DNA of 37,228 bases from Octopus sinensis (Eukaryota): contig NW_021832285.1 in the NCBI RefSeq assembly GCF_006345805.1, positions 1-37,228 on the forward strand, in the 5' to 3' direction. The notes beneath the pieces were generated by a model, which had not been told where the DNA came from, ran no database searches, and saw only the letters and a list, made by a program, of their open reading frames with translations. This document shows positions 35,233 to 37,228 of this stretch, in pieces (position 1 is the stretch's first letter; each line of letters begins with the position of its first letter). The translations under genes and the position numbers were made by a program.

Positions 35233-35353
35233 AGAATATCCTTTTCATACGATCTTATGATTTATTGTAGGGCGTACGTTTTGTTATTGTATAGTGGTGA
35301 GCGAAAAAAGCAGGGAGTTGACTCATCATGGTGACTTTTCTTTCGTTTATACC

Positions 35354-37135
35354 GATTTCTTTGCTACCCACAAGGGGCTAAACACAGAGAGGACAAACAA
35401 GGACAGACTAATTATATCGACCCCAGTGCGTAACTGGTACTTATTTGATCGACTCCGAAAGGATGAAAGGCAAAGTCGATCTCGGCAGAATTTGAACTCA
35501 GAACGTAACGGCAGACGAAATACCTATTTCTTTGCTACCCACAAGGGACTACACACAGAGAGGACAAACAAGGACAGACTAATTATATCGAACCCAGTGC
35601 GTAACTGGTACTTATTTGATCGACTCCGAAAGGATGAAAGGCAAAGTCGATCTCGGCAGAATTTGAACTCAGAACGTAACGGCAGACGAAATACCTATTT
35701 CTTTGCTACCCACAAGGGACTACACACAGAGAGGACAAACAAGGACAGACTAATTATATCGACCCCAGTGCGTAACTGGTACTTATTTGATCGACTCCGA
35801 AAGGATGAAAGGCAAAGTCGATCTCGGCAGAATTTGAACTCAGAACGTAACGGCAGACGAATACCTATTTCTTTGCTACCCACAAGGGACTACACACAGA
35901 GAGGACAAACAAGGACAGACTAATTATATCGACCCCAGTGCGTAACTGGTACTTATTTGATCGACTCCGAAAGGATGAAAGGCAAAGTCGATCTCGGCAG
36001 AATTTGAACTCAGAACGTAACGGCAGACGAAATACCTATTTCTTTGCTACCCACAAGGGACTACACACAGAGAGGACAAACAAGGACAGACTAATTATAT
36101 CGACCCCAGTGCGTAACTGGTACTTATTTGATCGACTCCGAAAGGATGAAAGGCAAAGTCGATCTCGGCAGAATTTGAACTCAGAACGTAACGGCAGACG
36201 AAATACCTATTTCTTTGCTACCCACAAGGGACTACACACAGAGAGGACAAACAAGGACAGACAAATTATATCGACCCCAGTGCGTAACTGGTACTTATTT
36301 AATCGACTCCGAAAGGATGAAAGGTACAGTCGACCTCAGCGGAATTTGAACTCAGAACATAGCAGCAGACGAAATACCTGTTTCTTTACCACCCACAAGG
36401 GGCTAAACACAGAGGGGACAGACAAGGACAGACAAATTATATCGACCCCAGTGCGTAACTGGTACTTATTTAATCGACTCCGAAAGGATGAAAGGTACAG
36501 TCGACTTCAGCGGAATTTGAACTCAGAACGTAGCGGCAGACGAAATACCTGTTTCTTTACTACCCACAAGGGGCTAAACACAGAGAGGACAAACAAGGAC
36601 AGACTAATTATATCGACCCCAGTGCGTAACTGGTACTTATTTGATCGACCCCGAAAGGATGAAAGGCACAGTCGACCTCAGCGGAATTTGAACTCAGAAC
36701 GTAGCGGCAGACGAAATACCTTTTTCTTTACTACCCACAAGGGGCTAAACACAGAGGGGACAAACAAGGACAGACAAACGGGTTAAGTCGATTATATCGA
36801 CCCCAGTGCGTAACTGGTACTTATTTGATCGAACCCGAAATGATGAAAGGCAAAGTCGACCTCAGCGGAATTTAAACTCAGAACGTAACGGCAGACGAAG
36901 TACCTGTTTCTTTACTACCCACAAGGGGCTAAACATAGAGGGGACAAACAAGGACAGACAAACGGGTTAAGTCGATTATATCGACCCCAGTGCGTAACTG
37001 GTACTTATTTGATCGAACCCGAAAGGATGAAAGGCAAAGTCGACCTCGGCGGAATTTGAACTCAGAACGTAACGGCAGACGAAGTACCGCTAAGCATTTC
37101 GCCCGGTGTGCTAACAATTCTGCCAGCTCGCCGCC
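35354..37135 (-). mobile_element. SINE-A tandem array: one head + 10 bodies (two of 184 bp, eight of ~171 bp)
   Basis: junctions at 35350, 35521, 35692, 35862, 36033, 36204, 36375, 36546, 36717, 36901, 37085. Confidence 0.92.
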
Positions 37136-37228
37136 CTTTGGCACAACAAAATATAATTAATGAAAGCAGAGGTTGCACCTTTTTTAAAAATCTAAACTTT
37201 AGTAAGAAAATATTTTACATTGATTTTG

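Noticed and set aside
35294-36786. 209- and 282-aa repetitive ORFs
   Set aside because: Artefacts of the 171-bp (57-codon) SINE-A unit read antisense.

Overview
Eukaryotic, repeat-rich genomic DNA. The SINE families and microsatellite style suggest a cephalopod (Octopus-like); this attribution is from recognition, not a search. The window holds the internal part of one + strand multi-exon gene that the ORF track misses. I reconstructed 12 GT-AG exons (615-31274, 1166 nt, 388 full codons, no stops, all phases compatible). They encode six 24-aa LRRs on 72-nt phase-2 exons, an LRRCT cap, a 12-Cys Ly6/uPAR (three-finger) domain ending CCTGNLCN, and a ~96-aa SEA-like alpha/beta domain. I did not find the gene's 5' end or a convincing 3' exon. 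LRR exons 1-5 are duplicated exon+intron cassettes. The introns contain several tRNA-like SINE families (some in head-(body)n tandem arrays), mariner, Gypsy and Tx1/L1 fragments, non-autonomous Helitrons, hAT and piggyBac MITEs, Penelope-type hammerhead ribozyme motifs, several inverted repeats and long microsatellites. Family labels A-F are my own working names. All alignments and counts were done by eye.
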